A DNA stretch of 52,031 bases, filler included, from Sphacelaria rigidula (GCA_964200075.2; 4 parts of 4 records of this genome joined end to end with filler, not necessarily neighbours in it), one strand, 5' to 3'; counted from the whole stretch's first letter, positions 26,068 to 39,000 are shown. The notes: generated from the sequence alone by a model not told the origin. A program made the numbers and translations.

Positions 26068-26614
26068 GCGGTAGACGGACCGGAAGGGGGAAGGCGGGGG
26101 TGGTGGGGGGGGGGGGGGGCGAGGGGGGGGGGGAAAGAGGGGGGGGGGGGGGGGGGGGGGGGTATTTGGGGTGTTCTGATCTCCATTGTGAAGGCTCAAT
26201 CAGTGTTCCATCAACTCACAAAACATAACGAGAAAATCAATTCGAGGAAACAGGCGACTACCCACGGGAGTGCTAACCCAATGCTCTTGGGCAGTGAAGT
26301 GTAACACAAGATAGGATCCCCTGAGAGCACGCTCTCATCCCCAGGAAGATGAGGAGAGGAGTGTACAAACTTTATTTTTGTTGTCGCACTTTGAACCCCT
26401 CCCCTTCCTCCGGATGAGTCTGGGGTCTCAAGGGATCATCCCATCTTTCTCCCGGTAGTGTACAAAGTACATTTGAAAAATGTTGCTACACAGCGAAAGG
26501 GGGCATTGCTTTCACAATAAAAAGGAACAGCGTGGCGTGCTATAACAAAGTACGATGAGTAAGATACGTGCCCCGGTAACAACCTTGAACTAGTGCTCAT
26601 CGTGTTCACCATGC

Positions 26615-26875
26615 GAGCAATGAATGCTATGGTAAAGGTGCCCTTTTTGCGCAAAATCTTGTCCGGTTCAGGGGCTCCCAACGATTCCAGAGGCACAATA
26701 ATAATGGGTTAGGGCATCCTCGTTTGCGAATTCATTCGGGATACCCCTAGCACACTGAGATAATGATCCTGGTGTACTCCACCATGTTTAATCAGTCATG
26801 TTCAGGATGAGATGAAGGGCTCCTGACAATTCGAACCTCAGAAAATATCTCTGCACCCCTGCCGTAGCATCACCC
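26615..26875. mobile_element. Roughly 260-bp TIR MITE (diverged copy)
   Basis: Colinear with 37221-37478. ATGC is duplicated on both flanks. Confidence 0.8.
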
Positions 26876-27310
26876 ATGCCGCTGCCGGTATTTACGTCGG
26901 GCCCGCGCAACATGGACCTTTTTGGAACGTTCGGAAGTCCACTTCCTCGCGACGAGTCCGTGGTCTGATGGTGTACTAGTTCCAAGGGATCGACCCATCT
27001 GCTCCCCGGTACACGCCTCGAGAATCATTATCGCTGATTGGATAATGACCATCAGCATCCCCACAACACTTCGAGTTCTCCTTGAGTCGACTCTTCTCGG
27101 TAGTCTGTGCCCTCACGATTCCTACCACCAATTTCAAAATGAAGACGCCCAAACATTTTCACCAGGAATCACACTTGAAGGTCCCGATCCAACAATTTTA
27201 CTTGTGCCATCGATCAAACCAGACACACACCAGGGCGCAGCGGCAACATACTCGATCGTATAGAAACAACGCCTTCCTCCGATCTTCGATTGTAGTGGTT
27301 ACCCTACCAG

Positions 27311-27674
27311 CCGGTCGCCCCGGTGGTTCAGTTGGTAACCTCGAAACCTCCTGACGGTTCGGTCGTGGGTTCAATTCTCGGAGCGATCTGGGATTTTTTC
27401 CCACACCATGCCCAACAGCAGTGGAGAGCGACCATATCGTGGGCAAACAAAATTCGACTTAACGGTCGACGACGGAAAGGGACTGCTGAACCCCTCCCGC
27501 GATAAGAAAAAAGGGAAGCACCGCAAAAGGAAGGTGTGGTACTAAAAACAAATAAAGATAACAAAGCGCCAGTGTTGACTTTCCTCCTGTGTGACCCCGG
27601 CTGGTGCCCCCACATATACCGACAGCTGTAGACCGGCGTCTAGAATAGAGAGGACGACAACACACACAACACAC
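27311..27674 (+). mobile_element. tRNA-derived SINE abutting a metacaspase splice donor
   Basis: A box TGGTTCAGTTGG, B box GGTTCAATTCT, CA-rich tail. Inverted copy at 19418-19780. Confidence 0.85.
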
Positions 27675-29823
27675 CTTCTGAAGGTTGAAGCCAGGGTTGG
27701 CCGGCATCGCCGACGACGCCTCTCCCGACTCCACGGCTTCAATCGTTCCGGAGTCGGCCTTGATGGTGTAGGGTAGGTCAAGGATCGACCCGCTGTGGCA
27801 GCAGTCCATCACCACAGTTAGCGTTACTCCCTCAGGGAGCACCATTACTAACTGAACATGGCCGTGAGTGGCGGGGCCGATTTTTCATCAACAACACACG
27901 GTGTGACACAGCAGAGGGAACACGCTCGGTAATCACGTTTGGAAGCATGACCGGCAATTGGATACCTTGTGAGGAAATAAATATATATAAATAAAAGGAG
28001 AAATACAGGCATGAAAATGCGACCCGGGGATTCCGCCACAGAATCAGAGAAAAAGGTTTCCGAGTTGTTAGATAGAACATCAACCAGACGCAGTGATTCG
28101 AGAATGACATCAAGCCGAAGCCGAGAGCAACAGCTAAACCTCCCGACAGAAACACACATGTACATGAAAAACAACCTGAAGAAAAAAAGAGCGATACCGA
28201 CCTCCAAAACGAGAATGACAGTCATGATGGTGCATCAAATCAACAAATTGTCTCCGAAACACTCATGCTTCATCCATGTACATAGTACATCCCAGCCAAA
28301 TAATGCACGAGGCGTCATGATTTTCGTCATCGATATGAACGAATGCTTCTGCAGTGAAGATCCGAAACCCTAGATGAGACGCACCCCCCCAACCAAAAAA
28401 TACTCAAGAGCGCATAAGTCACCTCCTTGAGGATAACATCATCGGTGATCTGCCCGGCCTTCGTGTAGTCTACAGGTACCAAGGTCTCGTCCATGTTGTC
28501 TGCCTCGTCCCCGTTCGTGTCGCGGACTGATCCTCCGTGGCCTACCACAACACCGAGAAAAAAAAAAGAGGTCGAGAGGAGAGCAACATGCACGTCACCG
28601 TATAATGGAGTTTAACTCAAGAACGGTCACAACAGCCCACGTCCAAGCTGAATCATGCAAAACTTGTGGTGACACTCGGGCCAACAAAATAGGAGCTCCG
28701 TTTACACGTGCGTAGGATCAATCTTCGAAGAACGTTCTCAAAAGACCATGATTTTGGAGAACACTGACACCCCAACCGAAAGCATGATCGAAAACTCTCG
28801 GGTGACGGGGGTGAAGGGTGCTTGTACTGTCTAAGGTGCGTGCCGACAGGCCTGTGGCGCGCCGACTTGGACAAAAACGCGTTTTGCGCACACGAAAAGA
28901 GTAGTTGGGACTGCCAGCCCTTGGAAGATCCGAATATCGTTGTCCACGCTCAAATCAAGTGACAACATCCTACGAAAGTTTTCTCGTAATATTTAGTTTA
29001 CGGACCTGTAAACCGAATAAAAAAAAGAAAAGAAAAAAAGGATGCGGTATACACGTTAAAATAGTCTTCGAATAATAACAGTTGAAAGACGGGGTGGGGG
29101 GGGGACCAGCCATATAGGCTCACACTTGGATCTCTCGGGCGGAGTTCATGAGTGTTTCAATTGCGGGACGATTGAAGCCGAAACTTTCGTGAGCTGAACA
29201 CCGACATGGAATTTCGAAAATACAGGACCCACCGTGGAAAGAAAATGCATCGAATGATCGGTCTCTCACCGGAGTAGTGCATGAAGAGCGAGTCTCCCGC
29301 CTGGGCGCCCTCGGCCAGCCACTTAAACCCCTGCAATATCGTCTTGTGGTCGGGGGTGGCGTGTTCGCCGTCGTCCATGATGACCAGGCAGTTCTCGGGG
29401 TCGGTCGAGTATCCCTGTGAATTTCATCATCATGAACGACAAGGCAAGGCAAGGGGATTTCGATGAGCAAAAGTCGATGAGCTAGCTGCACGACCGCTGA
29501 TCTCATTCTAGACGATAACAGGCAAGACCAGGCACCGCAGGAGAGATGAGGTAAGTTGAGTCTTCAAGCGACCATGGGCTCGTACGGTGAAGGGAGGCGT
29601 ACTCATGATCTTGAATGCCATACGACCATCGACCTCGCATCCCTACAAAGCCGGGATGTAGCACGCCGGGTTTTCGCCGGACCGTGGGGGGGGGGGGGGG
29701 GGGGGGGGGGTGGGGCTAGTCTAAAAGAAACGGTGGGGATGCGCGCCTATCCCCCGCAGGCAAGGGTGGGNNNNNNNNNNCTCGCACGCCAGCTGGGGGG
29801 GGGGGGGGCGGGGGGGGGCGGGG

Positions 29824-29854
<31 letters not shown>

Positions 29855-31701
29855 GGGGGCGGTGTACTCATGATCATGCATGTCGTAGTCATCAGACCGT
29901 ACACCTCGCAGCCTAAAATGAGTCGCATGAAGGGTGAGCTGCATCCTGCCAAGATTGTTCGGCCGCCGCGCAAGCCTACTGATTATCTTGCATTTGGATG
30001 ATAGCCTACAATGAGTTGCTTTATTGTCTGGTATCGCCACTTCAAGAGACAGCCACAGCTTCGACACTGCCTCATGGGTGCCTTACCATTGAAACACTAC
30101 GTGGAACGATCATCCCCATTGTGCGGAGGGGGGGGGCGTACTGAATTGCGACTTGCTTCAGTCGTTCGCCGTCAAATTTGGGGCATATGTTGTTGACATG
30201 ATGGAAGAGCAACAACATGCTCGACTTCATCGGCTATTTCCTTCGTCACTCGAAAGTCGGGAAAAAAACTCTCGATGAACATGGATGTTTCAGCATGGTC
30301 TTCGGACCTCCGCAACAAATGCCCGAAATCGGTTCCTCGAGTAACCATTTTCAAGCCTCGAGACCCTGAAATGTAAAGCGTAGCTGCGCGTGAGAACTCA
30401 GAAGCCGTCGTTTGACCGTGAAAATAAAAAACAAGTGACATAATTTCGTTCCAAAATCGCTCCAGAGCCATGACCTTATGAAACATGGGCTTGTTCAAAG
30501 ACACTCCATTTGCGCCTGCGTGTCTACTGAGAAAAAATCGAACCAACTTCTGAAAACGATGAAAAAAAGACAAGGTGATGCTAGACGAAGCGATTCATTT
30601 TGGTGGGTCTAGCCTTACCTTAGCCCGAGCGTATGAAAAAAAAAAAACAGGAGTCCTCGTATGATCCTGCCGAAACATGCTACAGGTCGACCCTAAAGAT
30701 CTACCAGTCCAAGAAATACGCGATAAGCGACTGCAATGCCGTCAGTCGGCATGCCATAAGCTGCGTCCATTGAATCTAGATACTATACCATGGACTACAC
30801 GATATGGCCCTGAGGGGTCACTGTGTTTCAAAAATTAGAAGGGAGCTACTAGAGTAGCGTCTGGGTTACCAGCACTGTGGGGAGGGCAGGCGGCAGTAAA
30901 CCTGTTCGGAACGGCGGCGTCGTTGGCGTCGGTTACTCTGACTCACGTGTGTGGTGATGTAATCCTTCATCATCACCACATCGTTATGGCAGCCCGCCAG
31001 CTCACCCTGTTGGCCTACGTAGTTGATGCCGATCAACAACGCGCGGTGGTTTCCGTTGGGCTGTGCCGGACGCGATTGCAGTCCCAAAACGCGGCAGAAT
31101 CAACAAAAAGGAACGACAAACGGGGAATGGTCAGGGGTACATCCTCTGGTGATGGAATAACGCGCGATTTCCTCTCGTCTCTTCCGTCTTTTATGAGGCC
31201 GTGGCAACGAAAACAAGCATCGGAGAGTAGCCGTGCGTGGTGCAGAGCATACCATAGCAAATATGAACAGATATACCTCGACACATAAATCATGGACCGA
31301 TAGTCACCAATCACCGTTTTTCAGCCCTTGTTGAGGTGTTTTCAGATTGACGTCACAATCAACTAAGGTGCGACGCGGAGGTCATACTGTAGCATGACAA
31401 CACAGTAAAACAAGAGGCCACGAAAACAAATATAATTGGGGGATGGGGGGACGGGGGGGCGGGGACGGCGTGCTTTCTCAGAGACATAATGAACTTTCTC
31501 ATGCATGACGATGGATAATGATTCGACTCACATTCGCGTTCTTTAGGCTGAAGGGGTCCTTCACATCGATCTGACGAGAAGTGCTCAGCTGAGGAACCTG
31601 ACTGAACTTCTTGCCCGCAAGGGTGCCTCGCATAGCTTTCAGCAGGCCCAGCCACGAGTCTTCTTGTGCATCCGACTGTAAAAAAGGACAATTGTGTCGA
31701 T

Positions 31702-31766
<65 letters not shown>

Positions 31767-33651
31767 AGAACCNNNNNNNNNNCCCCGCCCCCCCCCCCCG
31801 TTCTTGCGTCCCCCCACAGCAAAAAAAGCGAAATTTTTCGTTCCCCCCCCCCCCCCCCCCCCCCCGGACACACAGACGCGATAGCAAGAGCACTGATCTG
31901 TCAAAAAGCGTAGCATGGTGCTTGGAATTGAAGTGATTCCGGCAGCATGCATGCAGCATGCGCTGTACAGACGTCACTCATCTGGTACTGACCCGTGCAT
32001 GCTACAAAACCCTTAGATATCGCTCTGACATGACAGGTAGGATCGGGAACACGCACTTTGTCTACCAAGCAGAGTAGGAGGGGAAGGGCGGGGTTACGCA
32101 AAAATTGCCCGTGAAAGAGGGCAGCTCCCAGACGTGTCAAGGTCACGAAACATCCCATCACAATCGACCTCGTACATGTACTCACGGACGAGTGTATACG
32201 GCACCGTAAATATTCCGCAACAACCGCGCTGCAACACGTTATGATGGTGATTCCGGTGGTACGTGATGATTCCCGAGAACCTATTCGCTATGGCAGTAGA
32301 CAGACGAGGCCACTCGACCGGCTAGGGTGTCCTGTAGTATCTATGATTACCTTGCCATCCCCCCAGCACAGTCGCCTGTCCTACATAGTTTACAAATTAC
32401 AATTGCCAATGCCAATACTCCACACGTTGGACAATATATGGTCAATAGTTGCAACAGACGAGAAACGTACTGCATCAAGTATAGGTCTGTTGCGACTCTT
32501 GGCGGCCGGTAATAGTTGCAATAGGCCTATACTTTCTGCAGTATACTTCTCGTCTGTTGCATCCATTAACCATATATTGTCCAGCGTGTGCAATACTCGC
32601 AGGTCAACTCTTGATCGGCCTCCTGTCTTCGGTCAATCAAAGGTCAACTGAGGTAGGTGTCCAGTCAATCAAAAGGTCAACTGAGGTAGGTCTCCGGTCA
32701 ATCAAAGGAAAACTGAGGTACATCTTAGGCCCATCAGACATCCACCGAGAGGTCAATTCTTCAGAGGGCTTCGCAAGCAGAGAAATTCCGAGCGGAAGAG
32801 TACTTCGTCGCCACTCTGCCGCGTAATATTCATGACAGTAACAAATTGCACCGGTGCAAACAAACCCAGGATACACTCGTTTGGGGCAACATATTTCCGG
32901 ACATCCAAGAGGTATAACATGGTCAAGTTCGCCTAGTCACGGACAAAGACGGGCGACGCCCAAGGACTGCCAGGACAAATACTCGTATCTTGTCTTGTTT
33001 ATGAGGCACCTCTACGGTGGAGGCCAGACTTGTTGGATCGTTCCCTCAAATTCGCGACTTCGCTACACAGCGCCCCCCAGGTCCCACCCTGGTTCCGATG
33101 GCCCTGTGACTACGGGAGGGAAAATGATGAGTATCCTCCGCCCTCCACCCCTTCCCCGTCTGACGCCTCTTGTGCTCCGTCTCGAAAAACATGCGTGGTC
33201 AATGGCCGACCGACTAAGGCAAGCAACAAATGAGTACACCCTCCCTCCCTCCCTCCCTCCCCCTGGTGCTTCTTGCCCTCTGTATACTTGTGCTCAGAAG
33301 CAGCGTCAAACCCGAAAAGCTTCAGAAGCAGCGTCAAACCCACATAATTGGAGCGCTAGCGCTGCGAGAATGAAATGCGACGCCCATCTTCGTACATCTT
33401 TGTACCGGGCAAGGGGCGAGAGAAAAACAAACCGTAGGTATACATGAGGAGAAGTACGTTCTCCCGACTATCCGATCAAGAACTACGGGCCCCAAGTTCG
33501 CAGAAGTTAGGATTCAAGAGGGCCCCTCACCAGGTTGAGGAGCATCGCGTTCGTGCAGGCGCCGCCGGCGCCATCAGCGTTTGGCAGTCCGAACTTGGAC
33601 ACATCATGAACGTCGGCCGAGGTCTGGCTGTCCATACACCCGGAGAACATT
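27675..33651 (-). CDS. Type III metacaspase (peptidase C14; p10 domain precedes p20); spliced, both ends probably off-contig or unresolved
   Basis: Phase-consistent exons 33651-33531, 31675-31532, 31060-30947, 29414-29270, 28541-28423, 27851-27675. p10 motifs (MFSGCMDSQTSAD, GAGGACT, FSQVPQLSTSR) come first. p20 motifs follow: RALLIGINY, LAGCHND, FMHYSGHG (catalytic His), DETLVPVD, VMDCCHSG (catalytic Cys), LDLPY. Confidence 0.93.
29577..30122 (-). mobile_element. Two partial C-tailed retroposon copies (about 29577-29683 and 29862-30122) separated by poly-G and a gap
   Basis: Both begin GTACTCATGATC on the plus strand and match 18245-18735. Confidence 0.75.
32421..32590. mobile_element. 170-bp hAT-like hairpin MITE with an 8-bp TSD
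   Basis: CACACGTTGGACAATATATGGT...ACCATATATTGTCCAGCGTGTG, flanked by CAATACTC at 32413-32420 and 32591-32598. Confidence 0.85.
32600..32760. repeat. Short degenerate tandem repeat of about 31-32 nt (AGGTCAACTGAGGTAGG...GTCAATCAAA)
   Basis: Three to four visible units. Confidence 0.7.
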
Positions 33652-35521
33652 CTGCTCTCGTGTGTGTATATATATATATACCCGAAAAATTCACACGGCG
33701 ATGAAGAGCGCGATACAAACATCAAGCAGCCAGAAGGAGAATGTCACGAGTAACCGACGAAAATCCATGCATGCATCTATTCACGATTTCGGCTCTGATC
33801 ATGATTGACGTGCAAAAGCGATAGTGACCGACTGATACCGAGAAATTAGCTGGTTTGAGGAGTTGTAGAGTCCCTCTTGTACCCCCCTTGATATTTTTTT
33901 TTCTTTGATGAGTTGACGCTTTTGTTCAACAAAAACTGTTCCGAAACTTACATCACCAACAACTCACGAAGGGAAGAGGAAATAAAAGAGGGGGAAACTG
34001 TAGGGGCTGTACATATATCCTTTGTATGACGTGTCGAAGTTTCATGGAAAATGATTTGAACGTGAGCAGTGAAATCGCGTTCTCCTGTCGAGAACCGGTT
34101 CACTTGCTTTTAGAATTCAACAACCTCAGCTGGAACTTCGACGTTTTTTACTATCCCGACGCCTTGGGGCGCTGGAGGTCTCATCTGCGTGCCACTTCAG
34201 ACCCTGCGCGCGTACAGTACGACATGAATTGTTGTACAACCACAACTAGTGCAGCACCATTACTCTGCGGCCGCGGCACAACCGACTGTAACCTTAAATG
34301 CGATTTCAGCCGTTTCTTCCCCTAATTCCGCCGCACATGCCACCCTCAACTCTCTACACTTTGCAGCTGACTACAGTTTGGTATTTCGTTTGATGGGAAC
34401 TTGTCAGATCGCAGTTCTACGTGAAGTGAAAGGCGCGCGTTGATTTGTAGATCACCACGATATGTCAAAGTAGGCACGACTCGCGATAGATAGTCAGTTA
34501 GACCCGGCTGAAGGAAAGTCCGCTTCTTAGGCGGCCCAGCCTGTAGAGAGGAGGCGCGGTATGCGGGGTTTACAGCGTCCAGTGTGGGTTTTCCGTTGTT
34601 TGCTGTTCACGTTACTTTTGGACAGAGGCGCTGCACTTTTTTCATGCAAAATTGTGAGAGAGCATCACCCCTGCTCCTTCCTCTTATTTTTTTGGGTTGC
34701 CAGGGCGAGCGGGGTGTACGGTGCAGAATTTATTTTCCCAGCACCATATGCTGGCTTGCACGCAATAGCTCACGCCGGATATTCTTCACATGGACAGAGT
34801 AATATTTTGTCTAATGCCTCGTCGATTTGTACATGCCCATTTCACGTTTCGAACACCAGCTGTTCAAGTAATCACCAACACCATTTCACATCTATCAAGT
34901 CAGAACCCCAGGTATAGCTTCACACAATAGTAGGTTGATATCCACTTGATCTCGTTGTTGTCGATCTCGTTCACTCGTATTGTTCATTACTCTGCGCAAT
35001 GCTGTTCACGTCTCTCACCGGAACAACTTGGTTGGGATGCAGCTTTGGCGTAAGTGAGTGAGTGAGTGGGTGACTACAGGATCGCTATTTCTTTTGTCTC
35101 TTCTCTTTTGTCAAATTCACACCCGGTTTGACCAAGTCTGCAATCCCAGTAACTGATTTCGTCATGGACGTGCCCTCATGACACCAACCGGTTATCGGTG
35201 AACCGGCTGAATAACGCCTCCTGTCAGGTAACCGTTTTATTTTTACTGCCGATGGCGATGTCTACACTCAACCCACCGACTGCAAATGTTTGGGATATTT
35301 TACTGCGAGACTATTTCTATTGCTCTCGATTTGGCACGCACCCATTAATTTGGGAGTCGAAAATAAATATTATGCGCCATCTTACACAACGGTGAAAAGC
35401 TGAGCACGCTCAAGGCACTGCTTTAATTGTCGATAGCTTTGAGGCCTCTGGCGTGAAAGCCCATAGAGATGGGGAGACCAAGTTAGGAAGATAAAAGAGA
35501 CCACGACCACGAGAGTGGCGT

Positions 35522-38500
35522 GTGCTTCGCTTCGGAACAATTCAGCGGCGCCATGCAAATAAACGCTGCGCTAAAGCACCGGTCTGGACACTGGGGCTAT
35601 GCAGCAGCGGAGAGCACAGTGGGGACAGCCAAGACAGGCATGGAGGGGCTACACATCGCGTGGGTATGCACACCAAGAGCGAGGAAGGAGTAGAGTCGGA
35701 CAGAGCAGGAGAGTTGCACCTGCCTGTGATAGAAGACAAGCACTGGGCTAGCAACATCCACAGAGTCATAAACGCGATAATAATCAAACAAATAAACAAG
35801 AGCAGAAAAAAGAGGAGGAGGGGGCGAGCGAGGCGGAGGCTTGCTAGGAAAGCAGCACGAGTAGCCAGGGCGAGACAGCGGAGTCAACTTGTTAAGGTAG
35901 CCACTTACAATGTCATAACTCTAGCTAGGAAAGGGGCCAACGGATGGAGGCGAAACTACAGCGTCTTGTACGAGGCTGCGAGACTTGACATCTCGGTGGT
36001 GGGACTGCAGGAGACAAGGAGGGCGGGGCGAGCAGACTGTACAACAGTAGGGTTCAGAGTCTTCTGCTGTGGGAGTGAGTCAGGTGGGCAACACGGTATG
36101 GGAATAGCCGTGAAAGAGTCGATTTGCAATGACGCCACCCATACCACTGAGTACGTTGACGAGCGCCTCACGGCAATGCGATTTGAAATATCGGGACACA
36201 GCGGAGCGATCAATTTCGTAGCTGCGTATGCATCAACTGAAGTCGCCAAGAACGAAACGAAACAAGCGTTCTGGGATGGACTCGACGATCTCGTGCAGCG
36301 CGTCCCGTCGAATGAATTCATGTCTGTACTGATGGATGCCAACGCGCGGACGGGAGACAAAGAAGGAGAGAGCGTAGAGGACGAAGGGGTCCTAGGTGCC
36401 TATGGATGTGATGAGCTGAACGATAACGGCAAACCTAAGCCAACTTTCGCAACCGACAACAAACTAGCCATCACGAACACCTTCTTCAGCACGCGCAAAG
36501 GCGGAATCTCGCACGCATACAACGGCGTTGCGGGGAATCGCACGAGCGACCTCAAGCGCATATAGACAACATACTTACCAGGCAGGCACACCGACGTAGA
36601 GTACGCAACGTAGTCGGTCACCCCCAACCCGCACCCCCGGCTAAAGCGGACTCCGACCACAACATAGTGGTGGCCACTGTCCACCATGGTGGCCGCCTTG
36701 CCCACAACTGCCCAGTACGCACGAAGTCGAAGCAGCGGCAATTCAGTCGACAGCAGCTGCAGGCCGAAATGGCAAGGCGGCACGTGACCGAGAGGAACCT
36801 ACAAAACCTCGCCGAGCAAAAATACCAAATCACCACCGCACAAACGGCCGCGAAGGAGATTATTGAAGCTATCCTCGAGGCAGCGCCGACAGTACTCTCG
36901 GAAGAGACACGAATACCACGTGAGCCGGAATGGTGTGAAAACCCCGGCACGAGAGCAACAATGGAGGCAGCGCTCGCCAAACGGCGGGAGGCACGCCAAG
37001 TGATGAAGCTTCACCGGACCCCAGCATCGTGGAAAGCACTCAGAGCCGCATGTAAAACGTGGGTACAGCATTAGATAATGGCATCCATGCACATCTGGAG
37101 AGGTATATGGCAAGGCTAGAAGCGATCTACAAGGATCGCGACATGAGAGGTCTGTACGAACACCTCAAGAGATCGGGGAGTCTTGGTGGAGGGCAATCCG
37201 GGGGGCAGGAGTTCATGAAGGGAGCAATGCTACGGTAGGGGTGCACTTTTTGCGCAAAATCTTGCCTGGTTTAGGAACTCCTAACGATTTTAGGTTTCAT
37301 GAGAGCATGGGTCAGGGCATCCCTGTTTGCGAAGTCATTCGGGATATTTTAGCACATTGACATAGTGATCCTGGCGTACTCTCACATATTTCATAAATCG
37401 TGTTTTGGATGAGATGAAGGGCTCGTTTAAATTCTAACCTCAGAAAATATTTGTGCACCCCTACCGTAGCATCACTCCAGGGCGAGAACGGCGTCCTACC
37501 GAGGAACAAAATTGCCATCCTTGAATGATGCGAGATTCTTCCGCACCCTGCTCAACGCCAAATCGCCCACGCTGAACCTAACCACTATCGACGAGGTGAA
37601 GCAGCGACCGGTAACGTCAACCACCGGGGATTCAGTACCGCTTGGGGCAGCACCAACACTGGAGGAAACCAGACAAGCAGTCCGGGGGATCCCCAACTGG
37701 AAAGCGCCAGGACGCGACTCCCTTCCTGTGGAGCTACTCAAGATCAACGGCCGCGCCGAGCCCATCGTCCTCGACGATTTCATACCATTCTCGTCGAGGT
37801 GTGGAACGGAGGGGAGGTCCCGCAGGAATGGAAAGATGCAACGATCAAGGTGCTGTACAAGAAATCGGACCGGTCCAACTACAATAACTACAGGGGGATC
37901 TCTCTGGTATCGCACGCACGAAAAGTGCTCCTGAAGATAGTGGCCAATCGCCTCAGCGACTACTGCGAAGCGCACGGAATATTACCGGAGGAACGGTGCG
38001 GCTTCCGACCTCAACGACCCACTGTCGACATGCTGTTCGTAGTGCGCCGACTCCAGGAGCTAGAACGGCGGCGGAGAATACCCCTGTACATGTGCCTCGT
38101 CGACCTCCAGGAAGCATAAGACGCGGTCGACCGAGAGCTTTCATGGCGGGTACTGGCCCGAGCTGGAATTCCGGATGAGATGATAGCAGTTATCTGCTAA
38201 TTCCACGACGGTATGCAGGCCCGCGTACGCATGAACGACGGGGAGCTCTCGGAGTGCTTCGAAGTCACACAGGGATTGCGACAAGGATGTGTACTGTTTT
38301 CCCTGCTGTTCAAAATCTTCTTCGCGGCAATGCTCGAGGTAGTCCTCGTGCGATTCAGCGAGGATGACATAATCATCAAGGACATGGTATATCTCGATGA
38401 GGAGACGGGGAGGGGGGCGGAGACACCGCTGGAACGTTTACGGAGAGCGGTGTGGGGAATGCTGTACGCCGACGATGCCGGCGTCATCTCGAGATCTCCC

Positions 38501-39000
38501 GACGGACTGGCGAGGATGATGGCCATCATAGTGGACGTGTTTGGGGCCTTTGGATTAACCGTATCGGAGAAGAAGACGGAAACTCTCTTGATGCGAGTAA
38601 CAAGGCAAGCATCGAAGAAAGAGGAGCCAACAATACCACCTTCTCCACAGCTGATCATCGAGCAGCGGGCCAGAAATACGCCCAGAAAAATAGTTTCCAA
38701 TACTTGGGCTCGTCAACGAAGAGGGCGAGCTCAAGCAAAAAATCAACAACCGGAGCAGAGCAGCGTGGGCGTGTATCAGGAAGTTCTCTCGGGAGCTCTT
38801 TGACCGACCGAAAGCACCATGGAGACTCCATGTCCGACTGCTGAAAGCGGAGGCGGTGGAGGCCCTCCTATACGGATGCATGACGTGGGCCCCACGCCGC
38901 GAACACTACGACTTGCTGAGGAAGGTGCACTACCGGCTCCACCTGCGAGTCATCGGGTACCGCCGAGTGCGCAGCACATACCGACAGCTGTCGTATGCAC
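35522..39000 (+). mobile_element. Degenerate non-LTR retrotransposon (LINE, probably RTE clade): APE endonuclease plus reverse transcriptase; runs off the contig
   Basis: Endonuclease motifs VATYNV, LQETRR, MDANAR, TNTFF, SDHN. RT motifs KAPGRD, WKDATI, NYRGISL, GFRPQR, GLRQGCVL, LYADD, LLYGCMTW. Multiple stops and frameshifts, plus a MITE inserted at about 37221-37478. Confidence 0.92.
37221..37478. mobile_element. TIR MITE inserted in the LINE
   Basis: Perfect inverted repeat ATGCTACGGTAGGGGTGCAC / GTGCACCCCTACCGTAGCAT. Removing it rejoins the LINE text QEFMK|GENGVL. A partial end also occurs at about 22482. Confidence 0.9.

Noticed and set aside
29556..31977. Poly-Gly and poly-Pro ORFs
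   Set aside because: They come from G/C homopolymers beside 10-N gaps. The flanking sequence looks like low-quality duplication (e.g. about 31680 versus 31820).
32600..32760. CRISPR-like array
   Set aside because: Degenerate tandem units without unique spacers, no cas genes, and a eukaryotic intron context. The same applies to the 4.4-kb, 5.4-kb and 48-kb arrays.
2857..33651. TPR + lipase + metacaspase as a linked immune or cell-death cluster
   Set aside because: The genes are on different contigs joined by artificial linkers, and the TPR gene is an ordinary TTC1.
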